Virus record (IMG/VR): IMGVR_UViG_3300023174_000038
Location: 248,001 to 312,000 of that record
Direction: 5' to 3' (one strand)
Length of the DNA: 64,000 nt
Below the pieces are notes generated by a model. It was not told the origin of the DNA. It worked only from the letters and a program-made list of their open reading frames with translations, and searched no databases. The number at the start of each line of letters is the position of its first letter. Positions within the stretch are counted from its first letter, which is position 1. The translations under genes were made by a program, and so were the position numbers. Positions 9,281 to 19,510 of this stretch are shown here, one piece after another.

Positions 9281-9477
9281 TATAACATAAACTGCTTTAG
9301 CAAATCACATGCTAAAGACAAGTCCTCTACGATAGGTTCATCAAGCATTTTTCTATATTCTATGATAATTTCCATAGCATAAGCTTGATCCTCATCATTC
9401 AATGTGTTCCACCATTCAAATAATTCATGAGGATTCTTATTTAAAATATATTGAAGGTTTTTGTAATCTCGTGTCAT
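9280..9477 (-). CDS. Hypothetical protein
   Basis: ORF with AGGAG RBS, operon-packed. Confidence 0.65.
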   Translation of the reverse strand: MTRDYKNLQYILNKNPHELFEWWNTLNDEDQAYAMEIIIEYRKMLDEPIVEDLSLACDLLKQFML

Positions 9478-9478
9478 T

Positions 9479-10480
9479 TCATTCTCCTAATTTTCCCTTA
9501 TAAGGATTGTTTAACCATTTTGCATATGTATCTGCTTGTTCACTAATCTTAGTCAACTCATATTTGCCACAAAATTTCATAAAGTGAATTCCCACTTGAG
9601 GAGTAACAGTTGTACGAACACCCTGACAAATGTTTGTATCTACTGATTGTTTAACTTCATCCGGCTGACAAGTCAAATCAATCAATATACGATTACGTTC
9701 ATAGTCATCACGTACACGATGTTCTACTCCATTGTGATCGGACCAGCGTTGCAACATCATGTTGTTCCACAAATATCCTTTTTTGTTACGGTCAGCATAA
9801 GCTTCCATTAAACCTACTTTGTTTTTACTACCTTTACTACGCACCCCGGGAAAAGCAGAAAATACATTGTCAGTTGCGTCTCCTCGCATGGTCTTCTCAA
9901 ATAAAATATATTGGGGGTCACCTAACAGTTTGGGTTCCCCTGTTTTTTTATCTTTAACAATACGACCTTTGTCATCAAAATAACCTTCAACCGTAATCAA
10001 TTGATTAGTGATACCATTATATTGTTTCACATTTTCTGTAATGAGTTGGATGTAATCGCTATCGCTTGAAATAATAAAATGTTCATCTTCTGGATGCAAG
10101 TGAATAAAACGTGCAATCAAATCATCAGCTTCTGCTTTAGGATCACGCAGTACACTTACGTTAGTTTTTTCACGCAAGAAAATTGTGAACTTTTCATACG
10201 TTTCCCAAAAAAGTTCGTTTTCTTCTTTCTCTGCTTGTGTTTGTGATTGTGCATCTACTACACGATTCTTTTTATAGGGCTCGTAATAGTCCTTACGCCA
10301 ACTTCTGCCTTCTAAGCAAAACACAACGTGGTCAATGCCAAATTTACGAACGATTTGATTACATGATGCTAATGTAAGATGTAGTGCCATGCCCACTTTC
10401 TCCCACGGATCACTATTACGTGAAGCAACGTGACGGGCACGGAAGAATGTATTTGCTGTATCGATTAATGCGTATTTCAT
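9479..10480 (-). CDS. rnh: T4 RNase H-like 5'-3' exonuclease/flap endonuclease
   Basis: LIDTAN, WRKDYYEPYKKNR, EADDLIA, ISSDSDY, RGDATDNV motifs. Confidence 0.9.
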   Translation of the reverse strand: MKYALIDTANTFFRARHVASRNSDPWEKVGMALHLTLASCNQIVRKFGIDHVVFCLEGRSWRKDYYEPYKKNRVVDAQSQTQAEKEENELFWETYEKFTIFLREKTNVSVLRDPKAEADDLIARFIHLHPEDEHFIISSDSDYIQLITENVKQYNGITNQLITVEGYFDDKGRIVKDKKTGEPKLLGDPQYILFEKTMRGDATDNVFSAFPGVRSKGSKNKVGLMEAYADRNKKGYLWNNMMLQRWSDHNGVEHRVRDDYERNRILIDLTCQPDEVKQSVDTNICQGVRTTVTPQVGIHFMKFCGKYELTKISEQADTYAKWLNNPYKGKLGE

Positions 10481-10506
10481 GTTTGTATTATATACTACTA
10501 TTTAAA

Positions 10507-11298
10507 TTATTTCAATTGAATTTGGGCAGTTGTCAATCGGGCAAAAACGTCATCACCAAATGTCCAATTCTCAGGCATACTTGTTTGCATATCCAATTCA
10601 TTGTCAAGCAATTCAGCTTCCTCATTAGTAATCAATACAATAGCCAAATTGTTTTTAATCATTTGTGCTACTTCGGTTACGCTACGTTTTTCCATAGTCA
10701 TTGTAACCGCTTGATTATAAATTAAAATACAAGGAACAATATGTTCACGGTAAGTATTCTCTTTAGTGCGTTTTACTGATTCACCAATTGTAATTAAATG
10801 GTCAATACTATCACCCTCAAGCAATGCCCTAGTGTTCTCTAGACCAAATCCATCTTCACTGTCAATAAAGTATTTGAAACGTTTGGCAATCTTTTCAAAG
10901 ATATTACGTTCGGATACTTCACGTGGAATTGGTTTGATAGCTTGACCACGAACCTTACGTACAATAGTTTGTATAGCTTCAATAGTACCAACAATGACCC
11001 AAAAGTTTTCAAGTATATCACCATCAAAAGGGATATTAATAAAGTCTTTTGCATCTTTGCGTGATTCGGAACGTTTACCTGTTTTTTCAGTAAATCCTTG
11101 ACCAAGAATTTGTTTACGCATTTCGGCAACATCTTCTGGACGTGCAAGCCAACCCACGGTATAGTGGTTCTTTTTGATTTCACACTTTACACCGTTGTTA
11201 GTATAAAGTACACAGTTGTTTTGTTCCTCGTAAACACGATCGGTATACCCACGTTCCTCACATGAGTTTTTGAACAGTTTGAATGATATAGCTGCCAT
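10507..11298 (-). CDS. Putative His-Me finger nuclease-like protein
   Basis: YREHIVP...IVLITNEEAELLD motif; own sigma70 promoter. Confidence 0.55.
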   Translation of the reverse strand: MAAISFKLFKNSCEERGYTDRVYEEQNNCVLYTNNGVKCEIKKNHYTVGWLARPEDVAEMRKQILGQGFTEKTGKRSESRKDAKDFINIPFDGDILENFWVIVGTIEAIQTIVRKVRGQAIKPIPREVSERNIFEKIAKRFKYFIDSEDGFGLENTRALLEGDSIDHLITIGESVKRTKENTYREHIVPCILIYNQAVTMTMEKRSVTEVAQMIKNNLAIVLITNEEAELLDNELDMQTSMPENWTFGDDVFARLTTAQIQLK

Positions 11299-11328
11299 AA
11301 AGTAGTCCGTAGTGCGATTTAATAGTTA

Positions 11329-11357
11329 ATTATAGCACCTTTTCCATTACTTGTCAA
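11329..11357 (-). promoter_or_regulatory. Consensus sigma70 promoter
   Basis: TTGACA-17-(TGC)TATAAT. Confidence 0.85.
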
Positions 11358-11376
11358 CTATGGGAGTGTTGTATTT

Positions 11377-11979
11377 TTACAACAAATTATCTGAGTAATA
11401 AGAAAATAACGTTGAGAAATGCTTTATATCTACATTACAATTAACATAAGAATAATTCCTAGTAGGATCTTTGTAGTTGAGTAAGGGTAAACAATGTTTT
11501 TGTTTTTTATGTTGATTTGCCAATTCCCCTTCAACCCATTCAGTCATGTCTCGGTCTTTACGAATAAAACTACTTACTGTGGGTGCCCTACTATCAATAT
11601 TCCAAACACCTACACCCAAATATTTCTTATCATTCAAATAGCTAGGTAAATTACCATTTTTAATTTCAGTCATTGTGTTGAAATAAAAATCTGCGCCATG
11701 GGAGCTTTTTGACTTTTCATAACCCCATCCATCAAACCAAGCAAGCTGTCTACCTAAACGTTCGCCCACAGCTTTTTCAGTATCCTCACCGGGTTCTGGA
11801 CAACTTTGACCAATCTTTAAGAATTCATATTCAATAAAACTTTTTCTATACATAACAGCATAAACATACATTTTACTGATTTGATTATCACGTAAAATTT
11901 GATATATCTTAGTGTGATGATCTATAGATCCCAAATCAAAATAAAAATCTGGATTATTTAACGAAATATTATTAAACAT
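11377..11979 (-). CDS. Hypothetical protein, possible GIY-YIG-like nuclease
   Basis: YVY...LKIGQS...ERLGRQ...E...N spacing resembles GIY-YIG superfamily. Confidence 0.45.
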   Translation of the reverse strand: MFNNISLNNPDFYFDLGSIDHHTKIYQILRDNQISKMYVYAVMYRKSFIEYEFLKIGQSCPEPGEDTEKAVGERLGRQLAWFDGWGYEKSKSSHGADFYFNTMTEIKNGNLPSYLNDKKYLGVGVWNIDSRAPTVSSFIRKDRDMTEWVEGELANQHKKQKHCLPLLNYKDPTRNYSYVNCNVDIKHFSTLFSYYSDNLL

Positions 11980-12395
11980 TAACTTACCTCTGTTCTACCG
12001 TTACCTAAATCTTTTGTACGAATAACTCTTGCGTCACGGTTGTCAGGATCAGCAACCTGTTGTTCATACATCTCTAATGCTACATTCCGACATACTGTCT
12101 GAAACCACCGATCAACTATGATTACATCAGTATCATCTTCACGTTGCCTATATCCTGCTTTGATAAGATTCAATACAAACTTGTCATTGAAATCTAAATC
12201 AAATGCACCATCATTGATATTCTCAGGATTGATTTCTACTTTAGTAATAGCAATGTAGGGTTCACCTGCTGCCGTTGCTTTTTCTTTTTCTGTAAGCTCA
12301 GGTACCTGAGGCTTCTGTTGTTTAGGTTTAGGCTCTTTCTTAACAACAGGTTCAACCTCTTGCTTTTTAAATAAGTTTTTTAATTTTTCAAACAT
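11979..12395 (-). CDS. Conserved hypothetical protein
   Basis: KEKATAAGEPY, FDLDFNDKF, VDRWF; operon-packed. Confidence 0.75.
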   Translation of the reverse strand: MFEKLKNLFKKQEVEPVVKKEPKPKQQKPQVPELTEKEKATAAGEPYIAITKVEINPENINDGAFDLDFNDKFVLNLIKAGYRQREDDTDVIIVDRWFQTVCRNVALEMYEQQVADPDNRDARVIRTKDLGNGRTEVS

Positions 12396-13447
12396 TTGTA
12401 TCTTTCATATAATTTAAAGCTGGCAAGATTTTTTGCCTTTGATTCACACATCATATCAAAATTATCAATAAATGTCAATGCCCAATCATTAACAGCATCG
12501 TTCCAATAATAATCGCTGTGTGCCCGAAGTTTCTGTTTACTATGTCCTGCTTCTATCAACGCACCATGAGAGGGTAACTGTGATCCGGGATGTCCGACAA
12601 GTACATCCTCACGGCTGACGGAGTAATGTAGAGTAGGACGAACACCGCGCCAACTATCAATAACCTTTTTAACCAGATCATCATTGGGGGAAATATATTC
12701 TCCCTCACGTATCCAGTTATGGTGTATATCAATAACTGTAGGGACGAGGTCAGATAACGATAAGCAGTCAGTAAGTCCATGTGTGTATTCCTCATTTTCT
12801 AGTGTTAGTGTGTTTCGTGCCTCAGGGCTTAATCTATTATAAACATCTCTGATACCTTGAGGACCTTTTCTACCAGAGATATGTACATTTACTTTGAAGT
12901 CTTGAAATGATTTGCCATAGCCCATCCAACGAACCATGTCAGTATGATATTCAAATTCTTCTATACTCTTATTTACTACCTCGTCACGGTCACTCGCTAA
13001 AACTACAAACTGATCGGGGTGAAATGATAGCCGAACATCATTTGCTCTAGCTGTTTCACCAATGGGTGCCATCCAACGTTCTAAGCTATTCTGTACATCG
13101 GTACTATGCCAAAATTCTTTGTAGCCATCCATAGTATAAAAACTAAACATATCACTAGTCAAGCGCACCATACGCAATTCGGGTTCCAATGTGGCAACAC
13201 GCTTAACCAATGCATGTGTATTCATAATGTTACGTTTAGCAACATCCATAATCTTTTCTTCTACTACACTACGATTATTACGCTTTGCCCACGCTTGTGT
13301 AGTGCCACCTGTGTTAAAGCCTTCTGCTGAAACAATCTCACCTTTATGATTGATTTCTGCCCATTTACAAGCAAAGCCGATGCGTTTGATAGATTGATTT
13401 GTCAAAGTAATAGTCCAAAGTGATAAATAATAGATGTAGTGTAGCAT
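12380..13447 (-). CDS. uvsE: UV-damage endonuclease (true start probably near 13400)
   Basis: RIGFACK, RLSFHPDQF, NVHISG, LENEE, DIHH, H-Y-S, AHSDY, ESKAKN. Confidence 0.9.
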   Translation of the reverse strand: MLHYIYYLSLWTITLTNQSIKRIGFACKWAEINHKGEIVSAEGFNTGGTTQAWAKRNNRSVVEEKIMDVAKRNIMNTHALVKRVATLEPELRMVRLTSDMFSFYTMDGYKEFWHSTDVQNSLERWMAPIGETARANDVRLSFHPDQFVVLASDRDEVVNKSIEEFEYHTDMVRWMGYGKSFQDFKVNVHISGRKGPQGIRDVYNRLSPEARNTLTLENEEYTHGLTDCLSLSDLVPTVIDIHHNWIREGEYISPNDDLVKKVIDSWRGVRPTLHYSVSREDVLVGHPGSQLPSHGALIEAGHSKQKLRAHSDYYWNDAVNDWALTFIDNFDMMCESKAKNLASFKLYERYKCLKN

Positions 13448-13484
13448 ACCTACGCAATAAAGTCAACTATTTACGGACAACTGA

Positions 13485-14810
13485 ATGAGATTTACCGAGA
13501 TTATAACTGAAAGCACTGATCTTATACCCTTTGCAGATGGGCATTTGGTTGCCAGTAACCATTTTATAAAAGATAGAAGTATCAAAAGAAATATATCTAT
13601 GGATAATATTTTACAGGTATTACATAAATTGGAAAAAACAAGAAAAGAAGAATTATTTAAAATGCCTTTTGTTAATTTTGTTGTAAAGGCCCCTCATCTT
13701 GGTATAGGTTTATCTAAACAAAAAGATTGGCATGGTGACATAGTATATGTAATTACTACCGCTCACGAAACTTTAAGAGTAGGTGATCTAGAAGATGTAT
13801 TTTATTTAGAAGAAGAAACTGGCACCAGACTCAAGGACCTAGCAAAAATTGCTACAAATATGCCGGATGCTGATTTTTGGTTAATACGTAAAGGTAGTGA
13901 TAAAACTGTTGGAAAACCTGTTAAAGAATTTGATCCTTCACGTATTGGTATTAAAGTTGTAAGAACTGATGTGCTTGACCCAAACTATCTTTATTATGTA
14001 ATGATGCATTTACACAATCAAGGACAATTTGCACGTATAGCAAATGGTACTACTAATTTAGTTAATATTACTGTAAATGATATTGCTAATATTCCATTAG
14101 GTCAACAAGGTATGACCGAAGCAGGTAGTCCGGCACAACAGGCTGCTATTGCTATTAATATGAAAAAACATCATAAAAAACCTAAATCAGAAAGCTTAAA
14201 TGAATTTGTATCTGATGATGGTGATGAAGAAGAATCACTACGCAAATATGCTAAGTTGTGGTATAACGGTGATGATACTACACAACAACAAGTTGAAAAA
14301 ATCTTAGCACGTATGGGTTGGGAAATTGGTGAGATAGAATCAGAAGAAGGCGGTGCATTTGTTGTACAGTCCGGTGATATGAATGGTGATAGTTACATTG
14401 GTTTCACTGTTAATGATTTAACTGAGAGTACGGAAAGGTATACAAAAATGAAAATAGAAGAACTAATTACTGAAGGCGAGAATTGGTCAAAGCACAATAA
14501 TCCAAGAGCAGGTGGTATGAGTAAAAAGTCTGTAAAGAGTTACCGCCGCAGTCATCCTGGTAGTAAGATTCAAACAGCAGTAACAACTAAACCAAGCAAA
14601 CTTAAAAAGGGTAGTAAGGCAGCAAAGCGCCGTGCTAGCTTCTGCGCTAGAATGCGTGGGATGAAGAAACATCGTACAGGTGCTAAAACAGCAAATGATC
14701 CAAACAGTAATATCAATAAAAGTTTACGTAGATGGCATTGTGAAAGCATTGAACAAATGCAAGAGTTAGTAATGTTAGCTGAACAAAAAATTAGGGATCT
14801 TAAGAAATGA
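13485..14810 (+). CDS. Mosaic putative virion-internal polyprotein (HsdS/TRD-like domain plus basic modules)
   Basis: N-term MRFTEIITE; linkers YLEEE, QGMTEA, SLNEF, LTES, LITEG; HsdS-like LDPNYLYY...GTT..NIT...IANIP; C-terminal KRRASFCARM module. Confidence 0.7.
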   Translation: MRFTEIITESTDLIPFADGHLVASNHFIKDRSIKRNISMDNILQVLHKLEKTRKEELFKMPFVNFVVKAPHLGIGLSKQKDWHGDIVYVITTAHETLRVGDLEDVFYLEEETGTRLKDLAKIATNMPDADFWLIRKGSDKTVGKPVKEFDPSRIGIKVVRTDVLDPNYLYYVMMHLHNQGQFARIANGTTNLVNITVNDIANIPLGQQGMTEAGSPAQQAAIAINMKKHHKKPKSESLNEFVSDDGDEEESLRKYAKLWYNGDDTTQQQVEKILARMGWEIGEIESEEGGAFVVQSGDMNGDSYIGFTVNDLTESTERYTKMKIEELITEGENWSKHNNPRAGGMSKKSVKSYRRSHPGSKIQTAVTTKPSKLKKGSKAAKRRASFCARMRGMKKHRTGAKTANDPNSNINKSLRRWHCESIEQMQELVMLAEQKIRDLKK

Positions 14811-16180
14811 ATTTTGTAGAACTATTTGAGGGTACAACACCCAAATTACCGGGTGCTGTAGGTGGCATCAAAGTTATGAGTATGGATCAATTCCTTGCTC
14901 AATCGGGTGATGAACCGGAAGAAAAAATAGATGAAATGTCTTCCGAAGAATTAGATAAAATGTCCCCTGAACAATTAGCACAGTTTACACATAAGGCTAG
15001 AACTGATAAAGCTAAGGTAGATCCCAAAACAATTGATCAGGCTTATGGTAAAAGTATGGATATAATGTTTCCGGATCGTAAAAAATCAGAACATAATAAA
15101 CAACAAGGTGTGGCGGAAGCAACCAAACTTCCAGCACAAACACGTGAACTAAAGGGTCAAGAACTAGATGATTACTTAGATAGAATTCGTAATCGTGAAA
15201 AGGGTAAAACAGACAAATATAAACTACCTTACATCCATCGGTCAAGTGTAGTAAAATACTACAATGAAGAAGGTAAACGCTACGATACAGACCAAATCAA
15301 AACAGCATTAGGCGTTCGTCCAAAGAAACTTCTTAAACAAAATGAGAAGATGAAACATAGTAATGGTGAACTAGAACAATTCTATAACATTGGTTTTGCC
15401 GCATTAGTTGGTATCGCACTAGACGAAGGAACTAACGAACTAATTGTAGTTAATACATGTCCGGGTGCTGGATCATGTAAAGTAGATTGTTTTGCTATGA
15501 AGGGAGGCAAAGTACAATTTGAAGGTCCTTGGTTAAGCGACGGAAGAATTCTTACATTCTTATTGAATGATCCAGATGGTTTCTTTAATCAATTAAGTGC
15601 AGAAATCACAAAAGAAGAAAAACAAGCACAAAAAGGTGGTTACAATTTAACTATTCGTTGGCATGATGCTGGTGATTTCTTTAGCCCAGAATATATGGAT
15701 CTAGCATTTAAGTTGGCGGCTGCCCATCCTGATGTTAAATTCTACGCTTATACAAAGATAGCCGATGCGGCATTAGGCCAAAAGCCAAGTAACTTTATTG
15801 TTAACTGGAGTGAAGGTGCAAGCACTAGCCAAGAGAAACAAGTTAAAGCACAGGATGCTAATTTAGATAAAACTAAAAATAGTCGTATTGTTCCAAGTAA
15901 GTTATTCTATGACTTGTTAAAGAAAGATAAGGATGGTAAGTTAGATAAAACTGCCGACGGTGCATGGCAACCACGTGATGCAGCCGCATTGGAAGAATTG
16001 AAAGATAGATTAGCGGCCGCATATAATCTAAAACGTGATAGTATCATTGATTACAATGAGATGATGGCCACCCCACAAAAGAATAACATTAAGAAATGGA
16101 ATGTTATTATTGCTCCGGGTGAGGGCGATATCAGTGCTAATAGACAAGATGTATTATCAACATTATTATTGAAACACTAA
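14807..16180 (+). CDS. Putative virion-internal protein with GP88-like (radical-SAM-related) domain
   Basis: N-term MNFVELFE; QGVAEA linker; CPGAGSCKVDCFA, IRWHDAGDF, FYAYTK. Confidence 0.7.
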   Translation: MNFVELFEGTTPKLPGAVGGIKVMSMDQFLAQSGDEPEEKIDEMSSEELDKMSPEQLAQFTHKARTDKAKVDPKTIDQAYGKSMDIMFPDRKKSEHNKQQGVAEATKLPAQTRELKGQELDDYLDRIRNREKGKTDKYKLPYIHRSSVVKYYNEEGKRYDTDQIKTALGVRPKKLLKQNEKMKHSNGELEQFYNIGFAALVGIALDEGTNELIVVNTCPGAGSCKVDCFAMKGGKVQFEGPWLSDGRILTFLLNDPDGFFNQLSAEITKEEKQAQKGGYNLTIRWHDAGDFFSPEYMDLAFKLAAAHPDVKFYAYTKIADAALGQKPSNFIVNWSEGASTSQEKQVKAQDANLDKTKNSRIVPSKLFYDLLKKDKDGKLDKTADGAWQPRDAAALEELKDRLAAAYNLKRDSIIDYNEMMATPQKNNIKKWNVIIAPGEGDISANRQDVLSTLLLKH

Positions 16181-16201
16181 CTGGTGTGATTAAATATAGT
16201 A

Positions 16202-16942
16202 ATGACAAAACATTGCTTTATTGTGACCAGTGCGGTCAACACAAAATGGGGTATGTATGATAATGAAACTAGGTTCAAACAAACTATTGCTACCTTAGAC
16301 AGCATACATAAATATGCCCCAAATAGTAAAATTATAATTATGGAATGCGCTGCCATTCCATTAACTGAATGGCAAACTCATGTATTGGGTGAGAAATCAA
16401 ATTTGATTGTAGATTGGACTAGTCATCACATGGTTCAACATATTAATGACCAATCAAAAGATGAAAGTATATTAAAAAACTTCACAGAAATCAATTGTTT
16501 CCCTGGAACTATTGAACATTGTTTAGCAACCGATATACTAGATGATGTGGATCGTGTACATAAAATATCAGGTAGATATACATTAAACGAACATTTTAAT
16601 TTAAAACTATACGAAAACAATCAAAAAATTGTTGTTGGTCCAAGACGACCTAGCAGATTACCATTCATATCAGCTTCAGTAGAATATGAATATCCATGTA
16701 GACTGTGGAGTTGGCCTAAGTCTATGTCTAATGATATTGCAACGATGTTCAATGAAATGTTACCATTTCTTGTTAATCATAGAAAAAGAAAATATATAAG
16801 TGAGACCGGAGAAGAACTACAAGCATATATGGATCTTGAACATTTACTATATCATTTCCTTGATCCAAATAAGATTGAATCTGTACCTAAATTGGGTCTT
16901 GATGGAAATCTGTCTTGGACAGGTGAACAAATCAATGATTGA
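16202..16942 (+). CDS. Glycosyltransferase-like hypothetical protein
   Basis: FIVTSAVN...RFKQTIATLDSI, HKISGRY, DLEH motifs; TAAATA box 5 nt upstream. Confidence 0.55.
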   Translation: MTKHCFIVTSAVNTKWGMYDNETRFKQTIATLDSIHKYAPNSKIIIMECAAIPLTEWQTHVLGEKSNLIVDWTSHHMVQHINDQSKDESILKNFTEINCFPGTIEHCLATDILDDVDRVHKISGRYTLNEHFNLKLYENNQKIVVGPRRPSRLPFISASVEYEYPCRLWSWPKSMSNDIATMFNEMLPFLVNHRKRKYISETGEELQAYMDLEHLLYHFLDPNKIESVPKLGLDGNLSWTGEQIND

Positions 16943-17771
16943 TTTTTAACAATTGATCCATAGTATACAAATTACGCATATAGGGTGATACATTAGCTAG
17001 TACTGAACTAGGTAAATCACCCTTTCTTCTTGGACCATATTTTACTTCAAAACTACATTCATTTACTTTTTGAAATAAATCAACAATCTCTTGTACAGTA
17101 TAACCTACTCCGTGACCTAAACATTCAACACTATTGCTAGGCTTTTCAATAGCTTGTATTAATGCATCACATATTTCATTGACATGTACATAATCACGTA
17201 TACATGTACCATCAATAACTGATACATCATAGTCATTACCGTAGATAGTGAACTCACCCGTGTCACGTGCTTTCATTAGATTGTACATTAACCCATCGGG
17301 GTTAGTGGGAGCCACGACGGTACTTCCAATAACATTATAAAATCTAAAGATTGTATATGATGTTGGACGATGGGTAGTACAATATTCTCTAACAACATCT
17401 TCGGCAGCACGTTTACTAATTCCATAAGCACTGGAACAATCTTGTGCGGCACCGGTACTTGCAAAGATAAAGTTTTTAGTCTTTATCTTGTTAATGACAT
17501 TCATTGTACCATTCAAATTGGTAATATAATATTTGATCGGTATCTGTTCACTCTCACCTACACGAACTAATCCCGCTAAATGTATTACTGTATCATATTC
17601 AATATCGCCCGGGATAGCAAATTGTCTATTGATATCACAACGATAAAATTCATTTAAGGGTGCTTGTGGTTCCTCAATATCTAGTCCATGAACTTCATAA
17701 TCATTTTCAAGCATCTTACATAGATGACTACCTATGTATCCCGAGCAACCTGTAATTAAAATCTTTTTCAT
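16932..17771 (-). CDS. NAD-dependent NDP-sugar epimerase/dehydratase (GalE-like)
   Basis: GCSGYIG, HLAG, YGISK, RFYNV, RDYVHV, RRKGD. Confidence 0.9.
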   Translation of the reverse strand: MKKILITGCSGYIGSHLCKMLENDYEVHGLDIEEPQAPLNEFYRCDINRQFAIPGDIEYDTVIHLAGLVRVGESEQIPIKYYITNLNGTMNVINKIKTKNFIFASTGAAQDCSSAYGISKRAAEDVVREYCTTHRPTSYTIFRFYNVIGSTVVAPTNPDGLMYNLMKARDTGEFTIYGNDYDVSVIDGTCIRDYVHVNEICDALIQAIEKPSNSVECLGHGVGYTVQEIVDLFQKVNECSFEVKYGPRRKGDLPSSVLANVSPYMRNLYTMDQLLKINH

Positions 17772-19105
17772 TAAAAACTAAACAGGCTTAATCCTGTTTC
17801 CTCTTCTATTGGTTCAAAACTAGGGTCTTTTGTTAAATATGTATCCTCATCAGTATAGATAACACGGAACTTATGCTTGTTAGTTAATACACTACGTACA
17901 TCATCAATACAAATAATACTACGGTTTAAATCACTAATGAAGTCAACATGTTTAATTGTAGTTTCATTACATATCTTTGCAGTGTTTGTGTTAGATTGTT
18001 TAGGCTTAAAGTTTCTAAAACATTCCATCCATTTATGAAATACATTAGCTTCTTGTTCCTGTGCGTGTTGTAATGCTCCCAAGTTATACCATCTTTCTGC
18101 TTTTTCAAAAATATCATATAACTCTTTTGCTTTACTTGCCATGCCTTTTTTAGTACAAGTATAGAAAAAGCTTTTATTGAAGTTATTAGTCCATCGCTGA
18201 TTCTCTAATACTAATGTAGGCATTTGAATATGTTGTTCATAAAAAGCCATACCATAACTCTCTACTGTGCTAGGATTAAAAGCAATTCTAGCACTTGTAA
18301 TAAAGTCAACTTTCTCTTGACCAATAATACTTACTTTGATTTCGTATGGTACACCAATCTTCTTTAATCTATCTTCAAACTTTTTAGCACCATTAGCACT
18401 AGTCATTACTTTAGCAGGTAATTTTGTTTGTTCAATCAAGTCTAAGAATAGTTCAGGATTCTTACCTTCTTCCCAGCGACCAACAAACAATACACCTTCA
18501 CGTGGTTTATGATGTTCTTCTAATAAACCTTTTTCTGTAATAGGGATAGGTAAGTGATATGAAGATTCATTTAAATGTAGTTGATTGAATTTACTCTGTG
18601 TGCCCACATCAATATTTGTTAAGCTTAATTGGTGACGCATTGCTACATTAGTGTTGAACAAGAAGGGATTCTTAGTGTCTGTAAATATCTGGCTTTCTAA
18701 GTGAGTATATGCAATGATTTGAATCACATCTTCAAGTCCCATAGTACTAGCTACCTGTACAGTTTCATATGTGTTACATATTAATGCATCATATAAATTA
18801 TGTTCTAATGCTTCCACAATAGCTGTACGGAAGTTAGCCATACGTTCATAACAAAAGGTATCTCCATACATAAAGATATTGCTATGGTCAGTATACTTCA
18901 ATGATTCTAATGGAGCTATGATATTTGCAGGAATAGATTTAACAAACTCTGTATCCTGTGGTTCTTTATCTGTAATGATATCAACTTTGATATTATGTTG
19001 GTCCATTAGTTCACAGAAGCTTTTAGCAAATTGTCCTATTCCCCCATGTGGAATGAGAGTTTGATAGCTTACCAAAAAACCAATTCGTTTATCGTATGTT
19101 TTCAT
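17771..19105 (-). CDS. GT-B (GT4-like) glycosyltransferase
   Basis: PHGGIG, LFVGRWEEGKN, PSTVESYGMAFYE. Confidence 0.85.
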   Translation of the reverse strand: MKTYDKRIGFLVSYQTLIPHGGIGQFAKSFCELMDQHNIKVDIITDKEPQDTEFVKSIPANIIAPLESLKYTDHSNIFMYGDTFCYERMANFRTAIVEALEHNLYDALICNTYETVQVASTMGLEDVIQIIAYTHLESQIFTDTKNPFLFNTNVAMRHQLSLTNIDVGTQSKFNQLHLNESSYHLPIPITEKGLLEEHHKPREGVLFVGRWEEGKNPELFLDLIEQTKLPAKVMTSANGAKKFEDRLKKIGVPYEIKVSIIGQEKVDFITSARIAFNPSTVESYGMAFYEQHIQMPTLVLENQRWTNNFNKSFFYTCTKKGMASKAKELYDIFEKAERWYNLGALQHAQEQEANVFHKWMECFRNFKPKQSNTNTAKICNETTIKHVDFISDLNRSIICIDDVRSVLTNKHKFRVIYTDEDTYLTKDPSFEPIEEETGLSLFSF

Positions 19106-19275
19106 TTATCTTCTACAATAGGCACATCTTGCCATTCATTCCATTTTTTTACAGATACATATCTACCATCATCAGTCTTAGTACTGTAATCAGTTACTTC
19201 AAGTTGTGTTCTATATTGTAACACTTGTTCAGGTCCGTCCCAGCCGTTTCGGACAAGATATCTTAATTCAAACAT
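19102..19275 (-). CDS. Small hypothetical protein (57 aa)
   Basis: Manual ORF MFELRILVR...VLQYR...EWQDVPIV; ATGA overlap. Confidence 0.65.
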   Translation of the reverse strand: MFELRYLVRNGWDGPEQVLQYRTQLEVTDYSTKTDDGRYVSVKKWNEWQDVPIVEDK

Positions 19276-19279
19276 ATAT

Positions 19280-19510
19280 TTACCTCGTTAGTTTCCATAT
19301 AATATGGGTATTCTTATCGTGCCATCTATGTTCAAAGACAGGATCACCGGGACCAGTAATGATTCTAGTTAATCGGTATCCATACTTTAACCAAATACGA
19401 TTACCGGATATATCACATCTCTGCGGTAACCAAGCAAACTTGTATTCGGTGCCGATCATTCTTTCATAGAAATGATTGTATGGCTGTGTTTGTGGCATTA
19501 AGTTCCCCAT
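19280..19510 (-). CDS. Hypothetical protein
   Basis: FAWLPQRC..SG..IWL motif. Confidence 0.65.
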   Translation of the reverse strand: MGNLMPQTQPYNHFYERMIGTEYKFAWLPQRCDISGNRIWLKYGYRLTRIITGPGDPVFEHRWHDKNTHIIWKLTR

